Notes: generated by a model from the letters alone, not told the origin. A stretch of DNA of 64,000 nt from an uncultured Candidatus Binatia bacterium (GCA_965213675.1 CBDCAF010000016.1:8871-72870); one strand, 5' to 3'; positions 27,246 through 37,460 are shown, counted from the first letter of the stretch. A program made the numbers and translations.

Positions 27246-29561
27246 TCAGAATTCGAACCCCACCCGCACTCCCGCAAGAGTCTCCGTCCGGCCGAACCCG
27301 TCCTGCACCGCCATCACGCCCAGTGCGACGGACGCGCTCGATTCGTCGGCCAGGCGGACGGTCAGCGCAGCCTTGTTGAGGGACAGGAGGTCCCGGCCGC
27401 GCAGCACGACATCCCGATAGGCGATCCGGCCGCTCTCGTCCACACCGGTAGCCGCTCGAATGCGGCCCGCGACCGAAGAGACCGGCCGCTCGGCGCCCAG
27501 CCGCGCCCCGACCGTGACGAAACGGTGGAGCCGGAAGGAGACATCGAGGTCCACCGAAGCAAGCTGTGCATCGTCGAAGCGCAACAGCGGCCCGCCCCGA
27601 ACCGCAAGATGCGCCAGACGGTTCGTGACGTCGATACGAACCGTCTGGCGGGCCATGACATTGCGTCTCCACGCAAGCTCGACGCTGTCGCCCTTGAGGC
27701 CGAAGGCGCCCGAACCTTGCCAGCCCATGGGCCGGTGCAGTTCCTGTGCAAAGGCCACGCCAAACGTGTCAACTCCGGCGGCTTCTCCTGAACGGTTCGA
27801 GGAGAACGACGCCGCCAGCACCGTCTGCGGGTTCCACCCCGAAATCCCGACACCCCCGGCCTCCCGTTCCCGAACGCCCCTCGCCGCCACGGCCTGCCAG
27901 CGGCCAAGCTCGCCGCTGAAACCCAAGGCGATCCCGGCCGCCTCTCCTGACATCCGGTAGCCGCTTACCGGAAGCCCGGGTCCGCCCAGATGCGCCAGAC
28001 TCTGCACAACGCCCCGTCCCTGGCCGATTCCGACGAACGAGCGCTGGCCCACGAGACCACCCGCCCGGCTGCCGTAACCGTCGGCAGCAACCGTACCCAG
28101 GCCGTTCCGCTCACTGTAGTGTTGGCGCTGCGGCACCAGGTCGAGGTCGTCCATGGAGAGATACGGACCGCGCGCCTCGGCCAAGACGTCCAGTCCGACT
28201 TCGAACGGCGCACGCTGGAAACCGTCCAGAACCACGATGGTCCGGCCGCCCAGGTACCGCTCGATCGCGTCGCGCGGCAGCACGACTTGCGCCCCGTCGG
28301 TCGGCACGACCGCTCCCTCGTCCATGGCGCCCACCGCGAAGTTCGTGCCGCCCATCGGCCGCGAAGCGGCGTCCAGGTCGAGCCGTCCCTGTCCGTAGAT
28401 CTCCCTTTGGCCGTAGTGGGAGGATTTGTCGGCCGTTGCGAGAATGCGCGCGCGCACGTCGTGGTAGCTCAGGTTCGGGAACATGCTCTTCAACGCCGCC
28501 AGACCGGCCGTGACATAGGGTGCCGCCACCGAGGTGCCTCCAGCGAAATCCCAAAGTCCGCTGCGCCGGGTCGTGAGGAGCAATCCCGGCGCGGCAATGC
28601 ACCAGTCGGCCGCAACCCCGCACAGCGACGAATACCCCGCTATGCGGCCTTCCGAGCCGATGCCCACCACCGCCAGCCATCCCTTCTCCAGGTCCGGAAA
28701 GTGCCTGGGCAGCACCGCCTCCATGTGCGGGTTGACACTTCTGCTGTTCCCGGCCGCCCACACGACGACACCGCCCGCCTCCACATAGGCCCGGAACGCC
28801 GGCAGCGACTTCGGCATGATGCGGCCGACGTAGTCGTCCGTCAGGTTAAGGTCCAAGCTCCACGACTTGGTTCGGAACCAGCTCATGTTCGTGGCGCCGA
28901 CCCCGAGCGACCGCATCCAGTCAATTCCCCGAGCGGTCTGCCGGTCGAAGACTCCGCCCCACAAATGCTGGAGTGCACCGAGCCCGCAGTCGGAGCATGT
29001 CCCGTCGTCCCAGGGAACCGGAGCCGAGTTCCCGTAGGATGCAATCCGGGCCTCGTAGGCCACGCCGTACACCCCCGCCCCGTTTCTGCTGGCCGCGACA
29101 ACCCCGAGCACGTTCGTGCCGTGACCGTCGGTGTCGTACAGCGGACTATGGTCGGCCCTGTCGAGTTCGGTACGCCGGTCGTCGTCGCTGCCCATCGCGC
29201 CGCTGCACAGACCCATGGAGCAACTGGCGGCATACTGCCCGCGCAAGTCGACATGGTCGGAGTTCACCCCGGAGTCGAACACCCCGACCGTTTCGCCCGC
29301 CCCGGTCCCCCCTCGGCCGTGCATCGCCGTGACCCTCGCCGCTTCCTCCCTCGCTACCCTGCGCTCCTGGCCGGAGCCGCCGTGCCACGTCGCCGGGAAA
29401 CCCACCGGATGTTCACGGTCCGGCGTGAAACCTCCGGTGTCCGGGGGTGGTGGTGGAGGCGGCGGCGCTGACCTATCGCCGCCGCAGCCGGACAAGGCCA
29501 TGAGTGCCGCGGCCAGAATCAACGCCCGGAGCAGACGACCTGGACTCCGTGCCAATCTCAT
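27246..29561 (-). CDS. Subtilisin-like (S8) serine protease autotransporter, lipoprotein (NalP/SphB1-like)
   Basis: Lipobox LMALSGC after MRLARSPGRLLRAL. D/H/S triad motifs FDSGVNSDH, HGTNVLGV and GGTSVAAPYV. C-terminal beta-barrel ends in GVRVGFEF. A GGGAGG RBS precedes ATG 29561. Confidence 0.85.
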   Translation of the reverse strand: MRLARSPGRLLRALILAAALMALSGCGGDRSAPPPPPPPPDTGGFTPDREHPVGFPATWHGGSGQERRVAREEAARVTAMHGRGGTGAGETVGVFDSGVNSDHVDLRGQYAASCSMGLCSGAMGSDDDRRTELDRADHSPLYDTDGHGTNVLGVVAASRNGAGVYGVAYEARIASYGNSAPVPWDDGTCSDCGLGALQHLWGGVFDRQTARGIDWMRSLGVGATNMSWFRTKSWSLDLNLTDDYVGRIMPKSLPAFRAYVEAGGVVVWAAGNSRSVNPHMEAVLPRHFPDLEKGWLAVVGIGSEGRIAGYSSLCGVAADWCIAAPGLLLTTRRSGLWDFAGGTSVAAPYVTAGLAALKSMFPNLSYHDVRARILATADKSSHYGQREIYGQGRLDLDAASRPMGGTNFAVGAMDEGAVVPTDGAQVVLPRDAIERYLGGRTIVVLDGFQRAPFEVGLDVLAEARGPYLSMDDLDLVPQRQHYSERNGLGTVAADGYGSRAGGLVGQRSFVGIGQGRGVVQSLAHLGGPGLPVSGYRMSGEAAGIALGFSGELGRWQAVAARGVREREAGGVGISGWNPQTVLAASFSSNRSGEAAGVDTFGVAFAQELHRPMGWQGSGAFGLKGDSVELAWRRNVMARQTVRIDVTNRLAHLAVRGGPLLRFDDAQLASVDLDVSFRLHRFVTVGARLGAERPVSSVAGRIRAATGVDESGRIAYRDVVLRGRDLLSLNKAALTVRLADESSASVALGVMAVQDGFGRTETLAGVRVGFEF

Positions 29562-30112
29562 TCGATGCCTCCCTTGTAGCTGATACCGGTTCGAGCACCT
29601 CGGACTACTCTCTCGGATGAGAAACTCTCTCCAAAAGAGTCTCGCCGAATTAATTTGGTCAATTGCGGATGTCTGGGAGCCCCGCTGTAGTGCCGTATAT
29701 CCACTCTCCATGGAATAGGAATACGTCGTGCTTGATGGACAGAGTATATCCGTCTGCTCGTCGCTCACCTTCCGACCGGTCGGACAGTGCCCTTGTTCCA
29801 CTCCGAGCGGATGGCCAAGCCGTCCCTGATGGTCGTGGCGCCGATCAGATTGACCACGCCTCGTGGCCCACCAGGGGGCCGACCCAGGCTCCAGGACGAG
29901 TTGCCTTCGCACGACGGTGAACCGACACAGAACCCTCTCCATGCGTCGAACCTCCAGAAGCCAATAAAACATTGGGGGGTGTCCCGCACCTCAAGTCCGA
30001 CAGGCTGGGCGACCTGTGGAGCGTCTCCGGGGGGCCCTTCGCCGGGCTCGGGCCAGTCCCCTCGGCACGGGATCGGCGGGCGGGCTCACGGGAACGGAAA
30101 CGGGCGGAACTG

Positions 30113-30301
30113 ATGACCGTGCTGGAAACCGACCAGAAGGGGCTGACCTGGCGCGAGATCGCGGTGCTGCTCTGGGGCGCCGAACGAGTCGCGGAAGACT
30201 GGTGGCCGGGGGGCTGGATGCGCGGCCGCGTCAAGCGCCGCATCGCCAAGGCCCGCGCCATGCTGAAGGCATACCGCGATTTCGCCGCGGGGTGGCGATG
30301 A
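30113..30301 (+). CDS. 62-aa putative HTH protein (DUF2285 / sigma-70 region 4-like)
   Basis: LTWREIAVLLWG...RGRVKRRIAKARAMLKAYRDF resembles the C-terminal HTH of DUF2285-type regulators found on mobile elements. This is weak, pattern-based evidence only. Confidence 0.35.
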   Translation: MTVLETDQKGLTWREIAVLLWGAERVAEDWWPGGWMRGRVKRRIAKARAMLKAYRDFAAGWR

Positions 30302-30468
30302 CGGTCGTCGGACCCGCGTTACGCCATGTTCCGGGCTTTGAATTCCGGCGGGATTCGCGATAGGGTCGTGTCCTGAACGTGGCGGGGATCGGAGGTTCGG
30401 AACGAAATGAGAATATCCCTAAAATATTGATAAACAACCCAAAAAAACGATCTCAACACAGAAAAGAC

Positions 30469-30507
30469 CCGCAGATTATGACGCGTATTAACCAGACACC
30501 ACACTAG
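30469..30507. repeat. Solo copy of the MITE terminal repeat, ending in CTAG
   Basis: CCGCAGATTATGACGCGTATTAACCAGACACCACACTAG matches the MITE ends at 38/39. It has the same orientation as the MITE right end and lies about 30 nt before the recN ATG. Confidence 0.8.
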
Positions 30508-30537
30508 ATTGAATGCGTCACCCCGGCGTTGGTATCC

Positions 30538-32244
30538 ATGCTGCAGCAACTCCGCATCCGCAACATCGCCGTCATCGATCAGGCCGAGCTGGAGCTGGGG
30601 CCCGGGCTGAACGTGGTGACGGGCGAGACCGGCGCCGGCAAGACCATGGTCCTTGCCGCGCTGAACCTGATCCTGGGAGGTCGGGCGTCCTCCGACCTGA
30701 TCCGCGCGGGGGAGACCGAGGCCGCGGTGGAGGCCCTGTTCGGCGACCTTCCGGCGCCCACGCGCGGCGCCCTGGAGGCGGCCGGCTGCGACGACGACGA
30801 GCTGGTGCTGCGGCGAGTGGTCACCCGCGGGGGCCGAGGCCGCATCTATCTGAACGGCGGCCTGACCCCGCGTTCGTTCCTTTCCGGGATCGGCGCCGGC
30901 CTGATCCATATCTACGGGCAACACGAGCAGCACACGCTGCTGCGCACCGAGACCCACCTGGCCCTGCTCGACGCCCACGGCGACCTCGCGCCCAAGGCAA
31001 CCGCCATGAAGGAACGTTTCACGGCGTTGGCGGACGCTTGGCAACGGGTATGCGATCTCCGGGAAAAGCTCGCGGACGCGGCGCGGGAAGAAGCGTTGCT
31101 GCGCGCTCAGGCGCGCGAGATCGAAGACAGCGGGCTCGAACCTGGCGAAGAAGAAGCGTTGCTGGACCGGCGGCGGCTGATCGTCCATTCCGAGAGACTC
31201 TACGAGACGTGCAAGGAGGGCCAGGGCCTCCTCTATGACGACGACAACGCGGTGGTGGGAGCGCTGGGACGGTACCTCCCGCGCCTGCGGGAAATGGCGG
31301 CCATCGACGGCGCGTTGTCCGAGGCGGTGACGCTGCTGGAGGGATCAGCGGCACAGATCGATGAAGCCGCGGCCTTGATCCGCCAGTATGCGGATCGGCT
31401 GAACTTCGACCCGCGGGAGTTGGAACGGATCGAGGACCGTCTGGCCGAGATCAACCGGCTGAGACGCAAATACCGCGCGCCGGTGGACGAAATCCTGGCC
31501 TTGGCCGAACGGGCAAGGGAGGAACTCGCGGCCATCGACCGCGGCGAGGAAGATCTGGCCGCGCTGACGCGGGAGTTCGAGAGCGCGCGGGATTCGGCAT
31601 GGACCGCGGCGGAGGAACTGTCTCGCCTGCGCAAGCGCGCCGCCAAGACGCTCCAGCGCCGCATGGAGCAGGAAACCGGCCAGCTCGGCCTGCCGCACAC
31701 GACCTTCGAGGTGCGTTTCCACGCGCGCGGCGCCACGCGCGACGAGCCGCCGTTCGTGATGGGCGGCCGGCGTCTCGGACCGGACGGCGCCGACGATCCC
31801 GAGTTCTTCTTTTCGCCGAACCCCGGCCATGCCGCCCAACCGCTCGCCCGGATCGCCTCGGGCGGCGAGCTATCACGCCTCATGCTGGCGCTCAAGTCCA
31901 TCGTGCTGACCGGGAGCGAGATCCCCACGCTGCTGTTCGACGAGGTGGATGCCGGTATCGGCGGCGGCGTGGCCGAGATGGTGGGCCGGAGGCTCGCCGC
32001 CGTGGCGCGCTCCCACCAGGTGATCTGCGTGACGCACCTGGCCCCCATCGCCGCGCTGGCGCGCTCGCACTACGTGGTGGAGAAGACCGTCGCACAAGGC
32101 CGCACGTTCACCACGGTGCGGAAGCTCGAGGAGGCCGAGCGCGTGCGCGAACTGGCGCGGATGCTGGCGGGCGTGAAGGTGACCGCTCAGGCGGAACGGC
32201 ACGCCGCAGAGATGCTCAAGGTCGGCGAGTCCGGGCGGGCCTGA
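30538..32244 (+). CDS. recN: DNA repair protein RecN
   Basis: [14 protein letters not shown]..., Walker A GETGAGKT, long coiled coils and a C-terminal SMC signature/Walker B ([12 protein letters not shown]...[12 protein letters not shown]). Confidence 0.92.
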   Translation: MLQQLRIRNIAVIDQAELELGPGLNVVTGETGAGKTMVLAALNLILGGRASSDLIRAGETEAAVEALFGDLPAPTRGALEAAGCDDDELVLRRVVTRGGRGRIYLNGGLTPRSFLSGIGAGLIHIYGQHEQHTLLRTETHLALLDAHGDLAPKATAMKERFTALADAWQRVCDLREKLADAAREEALLRAQAREIEDSGLEPGEEEALLDRRRLIVHSERLYETCKEGQGLLYDDDNAVVGALGRYLPRLREMAAIDGALSEAVTLLEGSAAQIDEAAALIRQYADRLNFDPRELERIEDRLAEINRLRRKYRAPVDEILALAERAREELAAIDRGEEDLAALTREFESARDSAWTAAEELSRLRKRAAKTLQRRMEQETGQLGLPHTTFEVRFHARGATRDEPPFVMGGRRLGPDGADDPEFFFSPNPGHAAQPLARIASGGELSRLMLALKSIVLTGSEIPTLLFDEVDAGIGGGVAEMVGRRLAAVARSHQVICVTHLAPIAALARSHYVVEKTVAQGRTFTTVRKLEEAERVRELARMLAGVKVTAQAERHAAEMLKVGESGRA

Positions 32245-32374
32245 CTGGCAGCCTGCCGGACTTGCATGCCTGTGCGCCCCGCTTGCTTCCCGCCCCACGT
32301 TTCGGTTATTGTTTTCTATCCATCCGGTGGTTGCGCGTCCTGATGAATCCGCAACCGCCTTTGTTCCCGGGTGT

Positions 32375-32450
<76 letters not shown>

Positions 32451-32478
32451 CTTTTCCAGAAACCTGTGCGGAGGCGGC

Positions 32479-33939
32479 GTGTCGCAGCTTCGAGCAGCGG
32501 GAGACGGGGTTTTTTCGGACTATGACCTGGATGCGGGGTTCTACGATGAGATGTTCCAGGCTCGCGGCAACCCCCGCGAGGCTTCCCGCAGACTGCACGC
32601 GGCGTTGGCGGAACTGACGCCGGACGATCTCGTCAAGCTGCAGGACGGCGTCCACCGGCACTTCCTCCACGAAGGCATCACCTTCACGGTGCTCGACGCC
32701 GACAAGGTCACCGAACAGATCATTCCCATCGACTGCGTCCCGCGGGTGCTGACCGCGGCGGAGTGGGACCACCTCGAGCGTGGCCTCAAGCAACGCTTGG
32801 CGGCCCTCAATCTCTTCCTCAAGGACGTCTATCACGAAGGCCGGTGCCTCAAGGAGGGCATCGTCCCCATCGACCTGGTGCTGGGCTGCCCGCAGTACCG
32901 CATGGAGATGCGCGGCATCAAGGTGCCGCACGACATCTACGTCACCGTGTGCGGCACCGACGTGGTGCGCACCCACGACGGTTTCGCCGTCCTCGAGGAC
33001 AACCTGCGGGTACCTTCCGGCGTTTCGTACATGCTCGCCTGCCGGAACGCCATCAAAGACGCCTTCCCGCGCCTCTATCGCGCCAACCGGGTGCGCGAGG
33101 TGTCCGACTACTCGGAGTTGCTCTACGCCACCCTGGCCTCGCTGCGACCGGCGCGGGACAATCCCAACGTGGCGATCCTGACCCCCGGCATGCACAACGC
33201 GGCATACTACGAGCACGCCTTTCTCGCCGGCGAGATGGGCATCGATCTCGTGGAGGGACAGGATCTGGTCCTGCGCGACAGCGCCATCTACGCCCGCACC
33301 ACCTCCGGTCTCCGGCGCGTGGACGTACTCTACCGAAGGATCGATGACGACTTCCTCGATCCGGTGCGTTTCCGCTCCGACTCGGCCTTGGGCACGGCGG
33401 GGCTGTTCCACGCATTCCGCGCGGGCAATGTGGTGCTTGCCAACGCCCCCGGCACCGGCGTGGCCGACGACAAGGGCGTGTATGCGTACGTGCCGGCGAT
33501 CATTCGCTACTACCTCGGGGAGGAGCCGATCCTCGCGAACGTGGAGACCTATCTGTGCCGTGAACCCGAGAATCTGACCTACACGCTGGAGCACCTCGAG
33601 GAGTTGGTGGTCAAGGAAGTGGGCGGGGCGGGAGGCTACGGCATGCTGGTGGGTCCCCACGCCAGCGCCGACGAACGCGCCCGCTACGCCGAACGGCTGC
33701 GCGCCGATCCTGCCAATTTCATCGCCCAGCCGGTGCTCGCGCTGTCCCGCGCGCCGTGCTTCATCGACGGCGCCATCGAGCCGCGCCATGTCGACCTGCG
33801 TCCGTTCGTGCTGCAGGGTCGGGACCAGCAGCACGTGGTTCCCGGAGGGTTGTGCCGGGTCGCGTTGCGCCGCGGCAGCCTGGTCGTCAACTCCAGCCAG
33901 GGCGGCGGCTGCAAGGATTTGTGGATCGTGGAGGATTGA
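32479..33939 (+). CDS. Circularly permuted type 2 ATP-grasp protein
   Basis: FYDEMF...GITFTV...IPIDCVPRVL..EW..LERGLKQRLAALNLFLKDVY is typical of the family. Start set at GTG 32479, after the tRNA; the ORF-track start overlaps the tRNA. Confidence 0.85.
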   Translation: MSQLRAAGDGVFSDYDLDAGFYDEMFQARGNPREASRRLHAALAELTPDDLVKLQDGVHRHFLHEGITFTVLDADKVTEQIIPIDCVPRVLTAAEWDHLERGLKQRLAALNLFLKDVYHEGRCLKEGIVPIDLVLGCPQYRMEMRGIKVPHDIYVTVCGTDVVRTHDGFAVLEDNLRVPSGVSYMLACRNAIKDAFPRLYRANRVREVSDYSELLYATLASLRPARDNPNVAILTPGMHNAAYYEHAFLAGEMGIDLVEGQDLVLRDSAIYARTTSGLRRVDVLYRRIDDDFLDPVRFRSDSALGTAGLFHAFRAGNVVLANAPGTGVADDKGVYAYVPAIIRYYLGEEPILANVETYLCREPENLTYTLEHLEELVVKEVGGAGGYGMLVGPHASADERARYAERLRADPANFIAQPVLALSRAPCFIDGAIEPRHVDLRPFVLQGRDQQHVVPGGLCRVALRRGSLVVNSSQGGGCKDLWIVED

Positions 33940-33965
33940 GTGCGGCGGGGATCGAGGAACGGATC

Positions 33966-34937
33966 ATGCTCGCGCGCCTAGCAACCGAGTTCTACTGGCT
34001 GGGCCGTCACGCGGAGCGCATCGAGCACACGGCGCGGCTTCTCCGCTTTCAACTCGAGCGACTGCCGGATCGGCGGCCGGACGAGCTGACCTTGGGGTGG
34101 CAGGCGGTCTACCAGATACTCGGGCGACCATCCGCGGGAACCGCGGCCATCGGCGAAGACGCTGAAACGGTGGTCATTCCGGACGCCTACACCCTCGCCG
34201 GCGACCTTGTGGAGGAACGGGCGAATCCGGATTCCCTGTTGTCCTGCTGGGAGTACGCGCGCGAGAACGGACAACGGGTACGGGCGCATTTGCCGCTGCC
34301 GGTCTGGACCTGCCTCAACCAGGGCTACCTGTGGATCCGTGACAGCGACTTCACCGAGGCTTGGGCGCGCGGTCCGTCGAACCTGGTGAGCGAGGCCATT
34401 GATCGACTGAATCTGTTGGCGGGAGTCGTGGAGGCGGTCATGCCCCGGGACGAAGCGTGGCGCTTTCTGGAGTTGGGCCGATTCATCGAACGCGTACAAC
34501 ATCAGGCGGAGCTGCTCGCGGGCTGGGTCGATTTCAACCGCGACGAAGCGGACGCGGGCGCACTGTCGTGGGCCGACCTGCTGCGCGTGTGCGGCGCCTA
34601 CGAGGTTTACTGCCGGCGGCATTCCACCAATGTCGAACGGGCGCAGGCCCTGGGCCTTCTCACACAAGACCCGGAAGTTCCCCGCTCGCTGCGTTTCGCG
34701 ACCCTGCGCATCACGCAAGTGTTGACGGGAATCGATCCGGTGGGCGCGCGCTACCCCATGGCGGCGCCCCACCGTATGGCGTTGCGGCTGGCCGCGTCCA
34801 TCGAAGTGGAACTCACCGACCTTTCCGCCGAGGGCGCGGAATTCTTCCGCTCGGTGGGACAGCACGGGCGCATGCTCCACGACCTCACCATGGCCGCTTA
34901 CGTCACCCATTCGCTGCCGCAGGAGGCCGTGACGTGA
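33966..34937 (+). CDS. Alpha-E domain protein (DUF403)
   Basis: MLARLATEFYWLGRHAERIEHTARLLR is the hallmark N-terminus of alpha-E proteins that follow cpATP-grasp genes. Confidence 0.85.
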   Translation: MLARLATEFYWLGRHAERIEHTARLLRFQLERLPDRRPDELTLGWQAVYQILGRPSAGTAAIGEDAETVVIPDAYTLAGDLVEERANPDSLLSCWEYARENGQRVRAHLPLPVWTCLNQGYLWIRDSDFTEAWARGPSNLVSEAIDRLNLLAGVVEAVMPRDEAWRFLELGRFIERVQHQAELLAGWVDFNRDEADAGALSWADLLRVCGAYEVYCRRHSTNVERAQALGLLTQDPEVPRSLRFATLRITQVLTGIDPVGARYPMAAPHRMALRLAASIEVELTDLSAEGAEFFRSVGQHGRMLHDLTMAAYVTHSLPQEAVT

Positions 34938-35818
34938 CGGTGACCTACCACATCGAGCACCGCATGCGCTTTCGCTATGCCGCGCCGGTGGAGGAGTCGG
35001 TGATGACGCTCTACGTCTGCCCTCTCCGGGACCGCGCGCAGTTGATGCAGGAGTTTCTTGTCGAGACCGAGCCGGACGGCGCCCTGTTCGAGTTTACCGA
35101 TCCCTTCGGCAACACCGGGCATTTCTTCGACCGGCCGCGGGTGCGCGACGAACTCCGCGTCGTCGCCCGTTCCGTGGTGGAGTTGGAACCGCCAGCGCGT
35201 GCCCCGGAACGGTTGGAGCCCGAGGCGTGGACACGTCTTCGTCAGACCGGGCGCCAGGGCGCGCTGTGGCCGATGCTCCACCCCAGCCGCTTCGTGGCGC
35301 CGAGCCCGGCCCTGGAGAAGTTCCTGGCGAAACACGGCATCGCCCCCAGCGACGACCCGCTCCGCACCACCCGGGATCTTTGCGCCACGCTCTACGGCGT
35401 GTTAGAGTACGCGCCAGGCGAAACCACGGCGGACTCGCCCATCGACCGCATTCTCGAGACCGGTCGAGGCGTTTGCCAGGACTACGCGCACGTGATGGCG
35501 GCGATCCTGCGTGGATGGGGAATCCCGTGCCGCTACGTCTCGGGCTACCTGGGCCCCGCCGCGACGGGGGTGGCGGAAGGCGAGAGCCACGCGTGGGTGG
35601 AAGCCTGGTTTCCCGGCCTCGGCTGGATCGGGTTCGACCCGACCAACGACACCGAAGGCGACGCGCGTCACGTCCGGGTCGCCGTTGGACGGGACTACGC
35701 CGACGTTCCGCCCACCCGCGGCACGTTCCGTGGCGCCGGCGGTTCGGTCCTCCACACCGCAGTGGTGATCGAGCGCATCGACGGCGAGGAGTCGGCCGGC
35801 CAAGACCCGTGGACCTGA
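34934..35818 (+). CDS. Transglutaminase-like cysteine protease family protein
   Basis: N-terminal Bact_transglu_N-like region and Cys-His-Asp motifs (GVCQDYAHV, SHAWVEAW, GFDPTN). The GTG start overlaps the upstream stop (GTGA). Confidence 0.85.
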   Translation: MTVTYHIEHRMRFRYAAPVEESVMTLYVCPLRDRAQLMQEFLVETEPDGALFEFTDPFGNTGHFFDRPRVRDELRVVARSVVELEPPARAPERLEPEAWTRLRQTGRQGALWPMLHPSRFVAPSPALEKFLAKHGIAPSDDPLRTTRDLCATLYGVLEYAPGETTADSPIDRILETGRGVCQDYAHVMAAILRGWGIPCRYVSGYLGPAATGVAEGESHAWVEAWFPGLGWIGFDPTNDTEGDARHVRVAVGRDYADVPPTRGTFRGAGGSVLHTAVVIERIDGEESAGQDPWT

Positions 35819-35944
35819 AGGGCGGGGGCCGCGCCTGCACCACGGATCGATGCCTGTCGTTGAGAGCCGGGACTTGTGCTATCGAACGTCAAACAAGGGA
35901 GTTGGATCTGACACGCTGGCGGCGGCGGAAGGTCCTTATACCAG

Positions 35945-35970
35945 CACTACTCCAGCGCTGTGGAGTAGTG
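35945..35970 (+). promoter_or_regulatory. Perfect 10-bp palindrome in the glnA 5' region
   Basis: CACTACTCCA-GCGCTG-TGGAGTAGTG ends 16 nt before ATG 35987. It could be an operator or a 5'-UTR hairpin. Confidence 0.3.
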
Positions 35971-35986
35971 GCATATGGGAGCGATC

Positions 35987-37402
35987 ATGACACTTTCCGA
36001 TGTACAGAAATTGATGGCTGACAACGACGTACGGCGCGTCGACCTGCTTGTCACCGACCTCATCGGCCGCTGGCAGCATTTCTCGATACCCCCTTCCAAG
36101 GTGAAGGAAAGCCTGATCGAACGCGGCCAGGGTTTCGACGGTTCCAGCCTGCGGGGTTTCCAGTCCATCGATCAGTCCGACATGCTGCTGGTTCCGGATC
36201 TGGACTCGGCGCGGATCGATCCGGTGGAGCCGGAACCCTCGCTGAAGCTCATCTGCGACGTGGTCGACCCGGTCACCGGGGAGCGCTACACCCGCGATCC
36301 GCGCTGGGTCGCCACCAAGGCGGAAGCCCACCTTGCCTCCACGGGCATCGCCGACAAGGCGTTCTTCGGCCCGGAGCTTGAGTTCTTCGTTTTCGAAAAC
36401 GTGCGTTTCGGCCTCAAGATCAACTCGTCCTTTCACATCGTCGACTCCGATGAGGCCGACTGGAACTCCGCCCGGGAGGAGGACGACCACAACCTGGGCT
36501 ACAAGATCCCGCCCAAGCAGGGCTATTCACCCATCCCGCCGTTCGACCAACTCGCCGACCTGCGCTGGAAGATGGCGGAAAAGATGGAACAGGTGGGTCT
36601 GGAGTTCGAAGTCCACCACCACGAGGTCGCCACGGGCGGCCAGGGCGAGATCGCCACCCGCTTCCAGACCCTGCGCCGGAAGGCCGACGAGACCCAGTGG
36701 TACAAACACATCGTGCGCAACGTCGCCAGGGCCCATGGCAAGACCGCGACCTTCATGCCCAAGCCCTTGTTCGGCGACAACGGCAGCGGCATGCATGTGC
36801 ATCAGTCGCTGTGGCTCGGCGACACCCCGCTCTTCTACGATGCCAGCGGCTATGCGGAGTTGTCCGAGGTGGCGCGCTTCTACATCGGTGGCCTGCTCCG
36901 GCACAGCCGCTCACTGCTGGCGTTCTGCGCCCCCACGACCAACTCCTACAAGCGGCTGGTGCCGGGCTTCGAAGCGCCCGTCTATTTGGCGTATTCGGCG
37001 CGCAACCGTTCCGCCGCGGTGCGCATTCCCACGTACGAGACCTCGCCCGCCAGCAAGCGCATTGAGTATCGCTCGCCCGACCCCTCGGCCAACACTTATC
37101 TGGCCTTCTCGGCCCTGTTGATGGCCGGACTCGACGGCATCCGCAACCGCATCGACCCGGGTGAGCCCACCGACACGGACATCTACGAACTGTCGCCGGA
37201 GGCGGCGGCGCGGATCCCTTCCGTGCCCACATCCATGGAAGAGGCCGTCGCCGCCTTGGGCGCGGACCACGACTACCTGCTGGAGGGCGGCGTATTCACC
37301 CAGGACGTCATCGACCATTACATCGCGTTCAAGCAACAGGAGTCGAAGGACGTCTTCCAGCATCCGGTGCCGGCGGAGTTCTTCCACTACTTTCACATTT
37401 AG
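35987..37402 (+). CDS. glnA: Glutamine synthetase type I
   Basis: 471 aa. GSI motifs throughout (FDGSS, beta-grasp region, KPLFGDNGSGMHVHQSLW, NSYKRLVPGFEAP). An alternative ATG lies at 35975. Confidence 0.93.
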   Translation: MTLSDVQKLMADNDVRRVDLLVTDLIGRWQHFSIPPSKVKESLIERGQGFDGSSLRGFQSIDQSDMLLVPDLDSARIDPVEPEPSLKLICDVVDPVTGERYTRDPRWVATKAEAHLASTGIADKAFFGPELEFFVFENVRFGLKINSSFHIVDSDEADWNSAREEDDHNLGYKIPPKQGYSPIPPFDQLADLRWKMAEKMEQVGLEFEVHHHEVATGGQGEIATRFQTLRRKADETQWYKHIVRNVARAHGKTATFMPKPLFGDNGSGMHVHQSLWLGDTPLFYDASGYAELSEVARFYIGGLLRHSRSLLAFCAPTTNSYKRLVPGFEAPVYLAYSARNRSAAVRIPTYETSPASKRIEYRSPDPSANTYLAFSALLMAGLDGIRNRIDPGEPTDTDIYELSPEAAARIPSVPTSMEEAVAALGADHDYLLEGGVFTQDVIDHYIAFKQQESKDVFQHPVPAEFFHYFHI

Positions 37403-37460
37403 CGCGACTCCGAAGAATCATTCGTCTTTCCTGAGCCCTGCAAGGGACCTGTCCCGAGCC

